Source: a virus
DNA length: 64,000 bases
Virus record (IMG/VR): IMGVR_UViG_3300012944_000025
Location: 1 to 64,000 of that record
Direction: 5' to 3' (one strand)
The position numbers and the translations under genes were made by a program. Positions 26,020-35,093 of this stretch are shown here, piece after piece (position 1 is the stretch's first letter; the number at the start of each line of letters is the position of its first letter). Under the pieces are notes generated by a model, which saw only the letters and a list, made by a program, of their open reading frames with translations, was not told the DNA's origin and did not search any database.

Positions 26020-26625
26020 CTAGTCCTGGATGAACTCCTCCACGGGAATTTCATCCTCACCTTCGAACCGGCCGGGTGGGTTTCGCGGATGGCTGGCAAT
26101 GCTTCCTCCACCGCGAGACCAGATACCCGGATTGGGCATCCACTTTATCGACGCCGTCCATCCCATCGCCTCCAACTTCTCACGGCAGTGGTGCTTCGAG
26201 TCGCTGCGTCCGGTCGCCAGGCAGCTCATGCAGTCGACATCCCGGCCGCGGGACTCCAGCCACTTTTGGTCCTTCTTGGAAACGCGGTACGCCTTGCACC
26301 AGGATGGTGTCCGCTTGCCCCCGCTGTTCCGGTCCATCATGTGGGTGATGCCGTTGATCAGCAGCGGCCAGGAGGTCCGGCGCAGCAGCCCTCGGTTGAT
26401 GTACCCCTCACGTTCCCACGAGGTCATCCGTGCCTGGGCTAGCACGGTCTGGCCACCCTCCCACAGACGCAGCGTGAACCCCGGGCGGCTCATCAGGTGT
26501 CCGATGCCCAGGTTGGCGCGCTCCATGGCGAGCGGGAACCACGCCCAGGCTTCCTCGAGCGACAAGATGTCGGGCACGTGCCCACCCTGCGCGGCGGTCA
26601 GGTACTCCTCTCCACAGAAATTCAT
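26020..26625 (-). CDS. Larger protein with an embedded DCMxC zinc-finger domain
   Basis: GITHM...SWCK...VDCMSCLA in the middle of a 201-aa ORF. Confidence 0.75.
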   Translation of the reverse strand: MNFCGEEYLTAAQGGHVPDILSLEEAWAWFPLAMERANLGIGHLMSRPGFTLRLWEGGQTVLAQARMTSWEREGYINRGLLRRTSWPLLINGITHMMDRNSGGKRTPSWCKAYRVSKKDQKWLESRGRDVDCMSCLATGRSDSKHHCREKLEAMGWTASIKWMPNPGIWSRGGGSIASHPRNPPGRFEGEDEIPVEEFIQD

Positions 26626-26632
26626 AAATCCC

Positions 26633-27058
26633 CTATCGAAGTCGCCGAATGCGCGCGACCATCGCGCGGATCGCCGGCGTCCTCGTCAGCTGTTCGAGCA
26701 TTCTCGGCAACGTCTCGGGTCGCGGGATAAAGATTCCGAGGGACGACGCCGTCTCCATCCACATCGTGTTCGACCAGGCCGTCAGATCGTGCGGCACGTC
26801 GTGGGACACGCAGATCACGTGCTCGACCGCTCGGGCCTTCAGCTCGAAGCCGACCAATCGCTCGCGCTCGTGCTCCGGCTCGTTCTCGACGATATCGGTG
26901 ATTGCCTGGTGGATTCGCGTCCGCGTCCATGGCGGCTCGAGGTGAACGTCCAGCGCGTGACACGCCTCGTGGGCCGCGTCTCGAAGGTCTCGAGCGTCCG
27001 AGCCCCGGGCGCGGACCGCGGCGAGCAGGCCTACGCGTCCCGCCGGCGCAGTAGCCAC
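26633..27058 (-). CDS. Hypothetical protein with HExxH motif
   Basis: AAHEACHAL...E; possible zincin-like motif; start approximate. Confidence 0.45.
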   Translation of the reverse strand: MATAPAGRVGLLAAVRARGSDARDLRDAAHEACHALDVHLEPPWTRTRIHQAITDIVENEPEHERERLVGFELKARAVEHVICVSHDVPHDLTAWSNTMWMETASSLGIFIPRPETLPRMLEQLTRTPAIRAMVARIRRLR

Positions 27059-27456
27059 GCTCGGATCGCCGGGTAATGGAGGTAGAACGCCGGCGAGCAG
27101 GGGAGCCGCTCGACCACGTAGGCCGGGTCCCACCACGCCACGTCGTCGTGGTCGAGCATCTCGAGCGAACCCGTGTCGAGATTGACGTGATACAGCTCGA
27201 CGACGAACTGCACCTCGAGGTCCAGGATCGGCGTCGTCGCGATCCAATCGCCGACGACGACGCCGAGGTTCAGCTCCTCCTTCCACTCCCTGGTGAGGGC
27301 ATCCTGCGACGTCTCGCCCTCCTCGACCTTTCCGCCGGGAAGCTCCCAGAGACCGGGCCGCTTCCCCACGCCCCGCCGCTTCCCCATCAAGACTCGGCCA
27401 TCCTTGTTGACAGCCATCCCGGAAACCACGCACATCGGTCTCGTTGCGATCTTCAT
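27031..27456 (-). CDS. NUDIX hydrolase (MutT-like)
   Basis: Nudix box WELPGGKVEEGETSQDALTREWKEELNL. Confidence 0.9.
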   Translation of the reverse strand: MKIATRPMCVVSGMAVNKDGRVLMGKRRGVGKRPGLWELPGGKVEEGETSQDALTREWKEELNLGVVVGDWIATTPILDLEVQFVVELYHVNLDTGSLEMLDHDDVAWWDPAYVVERLPCSPAFYLHYPAIRAWLLRRRDA

Positions 27457-27484
27457 GCCCTGCAGCCTTTCGCACGTTCGCTTT

Positions 27485-27501
27485 TGTTGACACACGAATC
27501 A
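27485..27501. promoter_or_regulatory. 17-bp palindromic operator-like site
   Basis: TGTTGA-CACAC-GAATCA between divergent genes. Confidence 0.4.
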
Positions 27502-27525
27502 CCCACGTGTGACCGTGGGCACCTC

Positions 27526-27894
27526 ATGAATCCACAGATCCACAAGGGAAACTACGCCATCATCGGCATCGTTCTCACCGACTACGATGGGAACGTCGAC
27601 AGCACGACGGCCATCACGATGTCGGCACCTGGTTCGCTTGTCGTCGAGCCTGCCGCACCGGGTGCTGCAAACCGTATTTTCTATGTCAGTGTTCCGGTGT
27701 CGGCTACGACAAGCTCCCCCGGACAGCAGGTCGGCTTGTTGGCCACGATCCCCGCCTCGGGGTCTGGCGCCGGGGCCCCGAACGTGATCAAGTCCGTGAC
27801 TTTCATTTTCGACACGGTGGTTCCGATCGACCACCGGGCAGCCGCAGCTGCGCCCGGCACCCCGGGTGCGGAGCAGCCCCTTCCGCACCCGTAG
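27526..27894 (+). CDS. Hypothetical beta-rich protein
   Basis: MNPQIHKGNYAIIG...; 122 aa, diverges from NUDIX across a palindrome. Confidence 0.6.
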   Translation: MNPQIHKGNYAIIGIVLTDYDGNVDSTTAITMSAPGSLVVEPAAPGAANRIFYVSVPVSATTSSPGQQVGLLATIPASGSGAGAPNVIKSVTFIFDTVVPIDHRAAAAAPGTPGAEQPLPHP

Positions 27895-27897
27895 GCG

Positions 27898-28107
27898 CTA
27901 CCGGTCTGTGTCTTTGGCAAGCTGAGTTCTCCTGCGACGCGCCGCGTCCCCTGCACGGATAAGCGCGTCGAGGCAATCGAGGCAGTCCGTGTCGGCGACC
28001 GCGGTTCCGACCTTCAACGAGACCCGCCCGCACCAGGTCTCGTCGGACATTCGTCCAGTGTCGAGGCGCTTTCCGCGCGTCAGGTGGCGCACGCCGAGAG
28101 CGTACAC
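27898..28107 (-). CDS. Divergent zinc-finger family member (TDCLDCL)
   Basis: GVRHL...TWCG...TDCLDCLD; start approximate. Confidence 0.65.
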   Translation of the reverse strand: MYALGVRHLTRGKRLDTGRMSDETWCGRVSLKVGTAVADTDCLDCLDALIRAGDAARRRRTQLAKDTDR

Positions 28108-28370
28108 CGGTGGCACTCCCGCCGCACTCTGCTGTAGTATTCCTGGTCGATACAAATCACCTCGCCGGAGCCGTGACCGCACCACGTCAACCGTGCGGCG
28201 CGTACCAGACAGCCCATGCAATCGACTTGTCGCCGCCAGCTTGCCGGCAACAGGTTCCGATAGCAAAGCCGGTCACCGTAGTCCTCGACGCCGCACAAGG
28301 TAACCAAGCTCGCGAAGCCGATTACGTTGTAGTGGACGACGCGCCTTCGGTCCGTGACCTTGTGAATCAC
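28080..28370 (-). CDS. DCMxC zinc-finger family protein
   Basis: RVVHY...TLCG...VDCMGCLV plus a Cys-rich tail. Confidence 0.8.
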   Translation of the reverse strand: MIHKVTDRRRVVHYNVIGFASLVTLCGVEDYGDRLCYRNLLPASWRRQVDCMGCLVRAARLTWCGHGSGEVICIDQEYYSRVRRECHRCTLSACAT

Positions 28371-28603
28371 CCGACGCGCTCCGCCGCGAGGCACGTCATG
28401 CAGTCGACAAGATTCTCGGGCTTGCGCAGATGCGACAGCGCGCCACCGTGCTTGTCGATCAGCAGCCGACGACAGTGAAAGTGGAGCACGATGTCGTCGT
28501 ACGACCCGATGCGCAGCTGCGCCTTGTGCGTGACCCCGTCGTCGGTCGCCGCGTGCACCGCGTAGATGCCTGTGTTGACCGTTAGCACGAAGCCTTTACG
28601 CAT
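28367..28603 (-). CDS. DCMxC zinc-finger family protein
   Basis: DGVTHK...FHCR...VDCMTCLA. Confidence 0.8.
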   Translation of the reverse strand: MRKGFVLTVNTGIYAVHAATDDGVTHKAQLRIGSYDDIVLHFHCRRLLIDKHGGALSHLRKPENLVDCMTCLAAERVG

Positions 28604-28831
28604 CACGGTGCTTATTGAACGCGGCGACCAGCTCCTCGTTGCGCTCGGCGGCGCGCTTCTTCGCGCGCTGGAGAAGCTCGACCATCCGGTCGACATCGGC
28701 CTCCGATGCGAACAGCAGGCTGTCGTTGGTGTCGATCCGGACCTGCCACCGGGACATCCCGAGCGCGACGTCGACCATGAACGGCTTGCCGCCGACGAGC
28801 AGGCCGTCGATGTTCTCTTCGCCCCGGGGCA

Positions 28832-29272
28832 TCAGCGGGGCTCGGCCTGGTTGCGTTGCATGATGAACGCGGTCATCGCATCCCGTGCCTTCTCGGAGGC
28901 CTCCGCCCGGCGACGAGCGATGTCCTCGACGCGACGGATGACCTCCTCGCACAGCGACCACAATGCGGCCTCGAGGGTCTCACCCTGCGTGCTCGTCGTG
29001 TGGTCCTGACCGAGAATCTTTGTCGAGACCACGAAGCCCCATGTGCGGTCGCTCAGGTGCGAGTCGTCCTGGTCGTCGTAGATGCGCTGCCGCTTGAAGC
29101 CGACGTCCACGGACAGACTCTGATCGCCCCACCCGGTGAGCTGGCCGAGCAGGGTCAACAGCTCGGGCGTCGTCGGATGAACTCCGCCGTGCGCGGGACA
29201 ACGGCCTCTCCAGGTCGCGTTCTCCGCGCAAACCGAGGCGGGCGGAGCGCCCATCGAATGCGTGCATCTCAT
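28832..29272 (-). CDS. Hypothetical protein with N-terminal CxHx..C..CxxH motif
   Basis: MRCTH...VCAE...RCPAHGG. Confidence 0.6.
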   Translation of the reverse strand: MRCTHSMGAPPASVCAENATWRGRCPAHGGVHPTTPELLTLLGQLTGWGDQSLSVDVGFKRQRIYDDQDDSHLSDRTWGFVVSTKILGQDHTTSTQGETLEAALWSLCEEVIRRVEDIARRRAEASEKARDAMTAFIMQRNQAEPR

Positions 29273-29565
29273 GGCATCACGTGCTTTCTCTCGGCTCGAC
29301 CGCGGAGCGGCTGCGTCTCCGGGACGTGCGCTCGAACCATCGCGAGCGCGTCCGCATCCCCGACGCCGGTCCGCTCCCGGATCATGTCGATGATGGTGTC
29401 GAACTGGAGCTTCTCGCCCGAGTCCAGCCCCTTGCGGATGGTGTCCCGCCGGGTCAGCTCCTCGGACAGGGCTTTCTCGAGAGCCTGCAGTAGGTCGCCA
29501 TCGAGACGCAATGCGTCCGCAACAAGTTGTCGGATTTCAGGATGATAGTAGGGGTCTTGGCTCAT
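29269..29565 (-). CDS. Hypothetical protein
   Basis: 98-aa ORF starting just after a palindromic site. Confidence 0.6.
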   Translation of the reverse strand: MSQDPYYHPEIRQLVADALRLDGDLLQALEKALSEELTRRDTIRKGLDSGEKLQFDTIIDMIRERTGVGDADALAMVRAHVPETQPLRGRAERKHVMP

Positions 29566-29574
29566 TTTCCCTTT

Positions 29575-29591
29575 TGCTCATTACATAAGCG
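29575..29591. promoter_or_regulatory. 17-bp palindromic operator-like site
   Basis: TGCTCA-TTACA-TAAGCG between divergent genes. Confidence 0.5.
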
Positions 29592-29694
29592 TGACGCAGG
29601 CGCCCGTCGAGCTTTCGCGGCCGTGCGGATTCGCTCGCGCTGAAAACGACGCGCCAGTCTTGTGTCAATAGCCGAGACAGGCGCAAAACAAGGC

Positions 29695-30054
29695 ATGTCC
29701 AACGTGCTTATCGTTGACGACGTCCCGGACATCACGCACACGATGTCCATTCTGCTCCAGCTTCGCGGGCATCGAACCGCCGAGGCGTTCACGGGCGCCC
29801 AGGCGATACAGCTGATGAGGACCCGCTGCTTCGACGCCTTTCTGCTCGACGTCAGCCTTCCTGACATCAGCGGGATCGAGGTCGCTCGCGCGGTCCGCCA
29901 AAGGTACGGTCAGAAGCCGAAGATACTCGCGGTTACCGGGTGGGGACACCGCGAGATGCGGACGCGCTGCCTCGGCGCGGGCTTCGACTATCATGTGACG
30001 AAGCCGGCGGACGGGCGCCGTATCATCGCGCTCATCGAGCGTGACAAGTCATAG
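29695..30054 (+). CDS. Single-domain response regulator (CheY-like receiver)
   Basis: VLIVDD...LLDVSLPDISG (phospho-Asp)...AVTGWG...GFDYHVTKP. Confidence 0.92.
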   Translation: MSNVLIVDDVPDITHTMSILLQLRGHRTAEAFTGAQAIQLMRTRCFDAFLLDVSLPDISGIEVARAVRQRYGQKPKILAVTGWGHREMRTRCLGAGFDYHVTKPADGRRIIALIERDKS

Positions 30055-30235
30055 CGACCAGGCAGGTCATGCAGTCGATCTCGCCGAACGCGAGGTCTCC
30101 ATCTCGCACTTGCCAGCGCCGATCAGGCACGACGCCTCTTGTACGCGCTCACCGCAACGGCGCCCCGACGCCGTGTGTGGGCCTGCACCCCGGCACCGAC
30201 GCGTAGCAGTCGGAGCAGGATCCGCAGAAGCGCCT

Positions 30236-30628
30236 TCATCGGCGCCTTCCACGGATCCAGAACTTCCGCCTCTTGTCGTCAAAGATCGCTGTCGACTTTC
30301 CCGTTGTTCGTGGCGTGCTGATCAGAATCGTGCCGCTCGACCGCGACGACATTCGCCCGGTGCTCGTGCGGAACGGTGGTAGCGGCGCGCCCGGCGGGCG
30401 AACCAAGCACGCCATGCAGTCCACCTCCTTGCCTGGCGCCGCCGGCGTGTTCGCGGGGATGTAGCTCCCCGTGCACCACCAGCTGCTGCCCTCCTGCGTG
30501 ACATAGTGGCCCCGTTTCGCGGGGTTGCGCCGACGCTTTTGCTTCGCGGTCTTGACGAACCTGACGGTGCCGCGGACGTGGTGGGTGACGCCGTGCTCGT
30601 CGGTCGCCTCGCTGATCCCCCTGGTCAC
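30236..30628 (-). CDS. DCMxC zinc-finger family protein
   Basis: DEHGVTHH...WWCT...VDCMACLV. Confidence 0.8.
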   Translation of the reverse strand: MTRGISEATDEHGVTHHVRGTVRFVKTAKQKRRRNPAKRGHYVTQEGSSWWCTGSYIPANTPAAPGKEVDCMACLVRPPGAPLPPFRTSTGRMSSRSSGTILISTPRTTGKSTAIFDDKRRKFWIRGRRR

Positions 30629-30813
30629 TTCTTGTTCTTGTAGAATATCGCGATCGTCACGCAGTGATACTCGTTGTCCGAGGACTGCGTGAGCCGCACG
30701 TCGGTGATGACGAACGTCGGGTTGCGCTTGCGCCACGCGGTCACGTCGTCACCCATCTTCTCGCGATCCACATGCTTCGATACGCTGAACATCGCCATTC
30801 CATCGAAATCCAT
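30625..30813 (-). CDS. Hypothetical protein
   Basis: MDFDGMAMFS...TQSSDNEYHCVTIAIFY; AGGAG upstream. Confidence 0.65.
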   Translation of the reverse strand: MDFDGMAMFSVSKHVDREKMGDDVTAWRKRNPTFVITDVRLTQSSDNEYHCVTIAIFYKNKK

Positions 30814-31156
30814 GTCTGTTCTCCTGTTGCCGTGTCCTGACGCTGCGTTGCGTCGCGCCCTCGTCCTCCGCGCGATGTCCCACCGGCCGTTGCCGGGCAG
30901 GGACGGAGCGACTGTGGAGGCCGCCGTTCGTCCTTGCCCGGGGCAGCCTGTCGGCTACTTCAGGGGTTTGACGTCCACGGCGGTCTCCTTTCCGAGGTGC
31001 TCAACGGGTGCTGCTTCGCGCGGATCTACGGGATGGTCTTCAGGAAGCCCTCGAGGGTGATCGTGACCTCCGCCTTGTCGTAGGCGTACTTAGCCGAGGA
31101 GCGCTCGGCCGACCGCTGGATTCCGTAGGTCACTTGCGTGGTCTTCATCGTTGTCA

Positions 31157-31594
31157 CTACCTTCTCGGCGCCGGGCGCCGGGGTGTCATCAGCGGCCCCA
31201 CGATGGTATGGCCTCCGATGTCGTCGTCATCGTCGATTTCGTTGCGGATCTCGTCGGGCGTCGGCACGGGGTGCCGCGGCTTGATCGCGGGCCCCTTCAA
31301 CGTGGAGGTCCGCGCGGGCTTGAGCACCGGCGCCGGCCCCCTCGGGGAGAACAGCGGCCCGATGATCGTCTTGCCGTTCGGGTCGGTGTCCTCTTCGCCG
31401 CTGAAGTCGGTCCGTGCGAGCGGAACTTCCTGCTCGAAGCCCTCACGGTCCTCGAGCGCGCCGCGCATGATGATCTCGTCGTCGGCGTCCAGGTACACGT
31501 AGGTCCCTGGCACCAGCTCGGCCACGCCCAGCGTGATCGTCAGCCGCTCGCCGCCGTTGGCGAACAGCGTCTCGTCGTCCATATCCCAGTCCAT
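31157..31594 (-). CDS. Acidic, Pro-rich protein with a repeated TI(I/V)GPL motif
   Basis: GKTIIGPLFSPR and GHTIVGPLMTPR; GGAGG upstream. Confidence 0.6.
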   Translation of the reverse strand: MDWDMDDETLFANGGERLTITLGVAELVPGTYVYLDADDEIIMRGALEDREGFEQEVPLARTDFSGEEDTDPNGKTIIGPLFSPRGPAPVLKPARTSTLKGPAIKPRHPVPTPDEIRNEIDDDDDIGGHTIVGPLMTPRRPAPRR

Positions 31595-31999
31595 GCGTCC
31601 TCCTCTCGGGCTTGCGATACCGATTGCCCTGACGCCAGTGGCGTCATCTCCTCCTCGCCTCTCGCCGCCTGCTCGCCCGCTACTCGACCGCGGGGGGCCA
31701 CTCTTCCGGCTTGGGCGCCGCGTGCATCGCCTGGATGGCTCCCTTGTACCCGTTGCGCTGAGCGATCACGACGTTGAACGCCGCGAACGCGTCCTTCGAG
31801 GTGCCCGACGGATCCACGCCCCGGGTTCCCGCGACGTACACGAACCGCCACATCTCGTCGGTACTCAGCTTCGCGATCTCGGGATCCATCCGGTCGGCGA
31901 GCCCCGGGTCGTTCCCCGGGGTTCCCTGCGCGAACGCCTCGAACAGCTGGTCTGCAAGCTCTTTTCCAGTCATCGATTTCTCCTTCGTGGTTGTCTCGG

Positions 32000-32245
32000 T
32001 CACATTAGCCTGATGCAGGCCATGCACGTCACGCTGGTAATTAGCGTCGACACGCGCTTGACTTGGTTGACGTGTGGGTTTGGGCACTTCCAGCCTTCGC
32101 AGGCCAGGGAGAGCTTCGGCTTACCGGCTTTCTGCAGCTCGCGGACGATGTTGCGCCCGGAATCGTTCGCCTTGCCGTGCGTCTCGGAGTACGGCGCCCA
32201 GTGGGTGATGCCGACGCCGTCTCGGACTGCGATACCTACGGCCAT
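32000..32245 (-). CDS. DCMxC zinc-finger family protein
   Basis: GITHW...LACE...VTCMACIR. Confidence 0.8.
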   Translation of the reverse strand: MAVGIAVRDGVGITHWAPYSETHGKANDSGRNIVRELQKAGKPKLSLACEGWKCPNPHVNQVKRVSTLITSVTCMACIRLM

Positions 32246-32484
32246 TATCGGATGCCTTCCATCTCAATCTCGATGGTCACGGCGCCGTCTGGGTGGACGG
32301 AGATGACCCTGCCGATCATGTTCTTGTTCGTGTCGAACAAACATCGACGAGCCTCGGCGACGAGGCACGACATGCAGTCCACGACCGCGTCGTCCGCCGG
32401 GCGAGGGTCCATCGGCTCGAGGTTGATCCCGCACCAGGTCCGGCGGAGGTCGTCCATGAACTCGTCGACGCCGTGAGTGATCAC
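32245..32484 (-). CDS. DCMxC zinc-finger family protein
   Basis: VITHG...TWCG...VDCMSCLV. Confidence 0.8.
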   Translation of the reverse strand: MITHGVDEFMDDLRRTWCGINLEPMDPRPADDAVVDCMSCLVAEARRCLFDTNKNMIGRVISVHPDGAVTIEIEMEGIR

Positions 32485-33044
32485 GGCCCCCTCCCGACGA
32501 GCGTCATGCACGTCATGCAGTCGACCATCGCACTCTCATAGGTCGCGCGGGCCTTGCTGAGCCTGTCGAAGTTGACGGCGCTCGCGCCCGCGAGCGGGTG
32601 TATCCCGAGCAGGTGCGCGCCACAGACCCCGCGCAGGCGCCTGCCGGCTGGCAGCCTCGCGTGCGTGATCCCCTGGTCGTCGACCCACGGCGTGGGCGTC
32701 CCGAGGTCCAGCGACAGCAGGAGACCGCGGGGCGTGATTACGCCGTTCGTCTCGATCAGGTCGCGGGTGAGCAGCGCGCTGCGCGAATTCGGCTGCGCCA
32801 TGCGCTCGTTGACCAGCACGTTCACCCACGTGTTGGGATCGAATGGCACCGCCCCCGTGGCGAACGGGTCATCGAGCTTGCGGCACCTGTCGCACGTTGC
32901 CTGGCGACCGTTCGCGGGGGTTACAGGCCTGTCGAACGGCTTGCTGCACAGCGCGATCACGGTGGTCGGACTCGACCGCGTCAGGTTCGCCACGTGAACC
33001 GCGGTGCCCTGCGAGGCCACGAAAGCCCAGCTCAGCACGGTCAC
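32481..33044 (-). CDS. Two-zinc-finger protein
   Basis: AVHV..ALCS..ATCDRC and GITHA..GVCG..VDCMTCMT. Confidence 0.8.
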   Translation of the reverse strand: MTVLSWAFVASQGTAVHVANLTRSSPTTVIALCSKPFDRPVTPANGRQATCDRCRKLDDPFATGAVPFDPNTWVNVLVNERMAQPNSRSALLTRDLIETNGVITPRGLLLSLDLGTPTPWVDDQGITHARLPAGRRLRGVCGAHLLGIHPLAGASAVNFDRLSKARATYESAMVDCMTCMTLVGRGP

Positions 33045-33307
33045 GATCGCCTTGCTGCTCGGACGAGGCACGCCATGCAGTCGATCGGCTTGTCGCTGAC
33101 GATCGGGTAGAGGGGGATGCCAAACAGCCTACAAGGCCAGCCCCAGTCGTGCGTCACGCCGTTCTCGTCGATGGTCGTCGCGCCGTGCGGCGCGCAGAGC
33201 CCGCAAGGAATGCCGTCGCTTCTCGGTGCCGTCCGATGACAGCGCGAGCAGCGGTCTCCTGTACAGGGGCGCCGTTCACCCGGACGGGCTGGCATCGTCT
33301 CGATCAC
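33041..33307 (-). CDS. DCMxC zinc-finger protein with an extra N-terminal zinc ribbon
   Basis: CSRC..CGLC then GVTHD..WPCR..IDCMACLV. Confidence 0.8.
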   Translation of the reverse strand: MIETMPARPGERRPCTGDRCSRCHRTAPRSDGIPCGLCAPHGATTIDENGVTHDWGWPCRLFGIPLYPIVSDKPIDCMACLVRAARRS

Positions 33308-33621
33308 TCCGCGTCCGGCCCCGCGAGGAGCCAGTAGAGGGCAACGTCAATTTCGGTATCGCCTTGCTTGGCGAACGTTGTGACCAGGTCCCACTTTTCC
33401 ACTCCTCGGGCATCCTTCCCTCGCTTCTCTATAATCATGGGGCTGCTGTTGACAAAGAACCTGTTTCCCTTCTGTGTACCACCTGGCGCCACAACGCGGT
33501 AATCCCCCGTGCTCGATCGAATGCGATGGTCGACCGACCTCGTGAGAACGCAGTCCCCCGGCTCGGGCGCTTCGAGCATTCGTGGGACCCTGCGGTCGTT
33601 CGGGTCTTTGTTCTCAGGCAT
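33304..33621 (-). CDS. Hypothetical protein
   Basis: 105-aa ORF, AAGGAG upstream. Confidence 0.6.
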   Translation of the reverse strand: MPENKDPNDRRVPRMLEAPEPGDCVLTRSVDHRIRSSTGDYRVVAPGGTQKGNRFFVNSSPMIIEKRGKDARGVEKWDLVTTFAKQGDTEIDVALYWLLAGPDAE

Positions 33622-33630
33622 GTTGTCTCC

Positions 33631-33981
33631 TTACTTCGAGGTTTGCATCGACCCCGGTTTGGTCAGCTCCACGATCTTGGCCCAGGCGCGGAGCAGGTTC
33701 ATGTCCGTGTAGTGACTATCGGCCATTCGCAGGACCTCGCCCATCGCGAAGACCTGGATATCCTCGACGGTGATGTGCGACTTGGCTGCGCTGACCTGGT
33801 CGAGAACGATGAGCCACACGTTCTCGGTGATGATGTCGGATGCGGCGCTTGCGAACCCGTCAGACCCCGTCGCGGCCCGGGTGTGCAGCAGCGCGAGGCG
33901 CTTCTTCGCCTTCTTGGTGACGTCGGCCAGCCGCGCGTCGAGACGCTTCCGGTCGACGCAGTCGTACATCGCCTGCGGCAC
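33631..33981 (-). CDS. Hypothetical protein
   Basis: 116-aa ORF in the minus-strand run. Confidence 0.55.
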   Translation of the reverse strand: MPQAMYDCVDRKRLDARLADVTKKAKKRLALLHTRAATGSDGFASAASDIITENVWLIVLDQVSAAKSHITVEDIQVFAMGEVLRMADSHYTDMNLLRAWAKIVELTKPGSMQTSK

Positions 33982-33982
33982 G

Positions 33983-34330
33983 TCAGGCCGCCTTGAGGGC
34001 CTTGAGCGTCATGCGGTGCGCCTTGCGCATCGACTTGTCGAGCACCGACCAGTCGGTGACGTGCAGGCCAACGTTGCGCGCGTACTCCTTGAGTCGCAGC
34101 ACGTCCCACGCTCCCCTGGTCAGCCGCATCCTGCGGCTGGTGAGGACCTTGGCCCCGTCGTCGAGCGGCGTGTAGCCGCTGACGAAGATCAGCTGGTCCT
34201 CGGTTTGGCTGAGCAACACGACGACCTCGTCGTGGCGCAACGAGAAGCGGGTGCCCTGCTTGACGATGTGATCGAACGACGTCTGTTCCGACAGGCGGAA
34301 CGAGACCTTCTCCAGCATCTTGAATTTCAT
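33983..34330 (-). CDS. Hypothetical protein
   Basis: MKFKMLEKVSF...; GGAGG upstream. Confidence 0.65.
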   Translation of the reverse strand: MKFKMLEKVSFRLSEQTSFDHIVKQGTRFSLRHDEVVVLLSQTEDQLIFVSGYTPLDDGAKVLTSRRMRLTRGAWDVLRLKEYARNVGLHVTDWSVLDKSMRKAHRMTLKALKAA

Positions 34331-34704
34331 TTGGAATCCTCCAACCATTTCATCCGACGTGTGAACAGCCTGTCCTTCGCAGCCGGCGACAGCCCCTCCA
34401 TGCAGGGTCCGCCGGCCCTCATGTCCGAGAAGAAGTTCTCCTCGATCTGCGACCACAGCTCGAGGTAGGTCCAGCCCTCCTCGCAGCCGAAGTGATTCCG
34501 GATCTCGACGCACGACAAGCACGTCTTGAACTCCGACCACGACCCGTCCCACAGGCCCTTGACGTGCTCGTACTTCGTACCCTTGGGGATCGTCTCGTTA
34601 CACTCGGTACAGCGATGGTCCTTGGCCGCCTTGCGCGTGTGCACGTTGCTCACCGACGGGTGGTCGCCGTGCTCGCTGCTGAGGGGGCAGCACGTGAATG
34701 TCAC
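34327..34704 (-). CDS. Phage zinc-ribbon protein
   Basis: RKAAKDHRCTECNETIPKGTKYE...KTCLSC. Confidence 0.7.
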   Translation of the reverse strand: MTFTCCPLSSEHGDHPSVSNVHTRKAAKDHRCTECNETIPKGTKYEHVKGLWDGSWSEFKTCLSCVEIRNHFGCEEGWTYLELWSQIEENFFSDMRAGGPCMEGLSPAAKDRLFTRRMKWLEDSK

Positions 34705-35093
34705 GCGTCCTCGAGCGCGACGTCGTACTCGTCGTCGTCCCAGTGCGCGGATTCGCCGCAGCGCGGGCACGTCCAGAACCAGTCCGGACGGTTCAGCTGA
34801 CGCAAGTACTGCTCCTCGGTGAGGAACTGCTGGCCGTGATCGTCGCAGAGCACCGCGAACGGCGTGCGCCGGGCCACCAGGCACGACATGCAATCGACGG
34901 GATCGTCGGTGGTCGGTCCGGTTCCGTCGGGGGCGAGTCGCGCGCGGACCACGCGGAAGCCCATCGCGGCGAGGTTCACGCCCGGCGGCTCGTCGAACAC
35001 GATGACGCCGCACGCCGTGGTCGCCGTCCGCCAGACGCGGACGTCGTGCACCAGGCCGTCGACGCAGCGCACGTTCGCCCGGTGCGCCGTCAC
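34701..35093 (-). CDS. DCMxC zinc-finger protein fused to a second Zn module
   Basis: GLVHD..TACG..VDCMSCLV then LCDDHG...WTCPRCG. Confidence 0.8.
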   Translation of the reverse strand: MTAHRANVRCVDGLVHDVRVWRTATTACGVIVFDEPPGVNLAAMGFRVVRARLAPDGTGPTTDDPVDCMSCLVARRTPFAVLCDDHGQQFLTEEQYLRQLNRPDWFWTCPRCGESAHWDDDEYDVALEDA

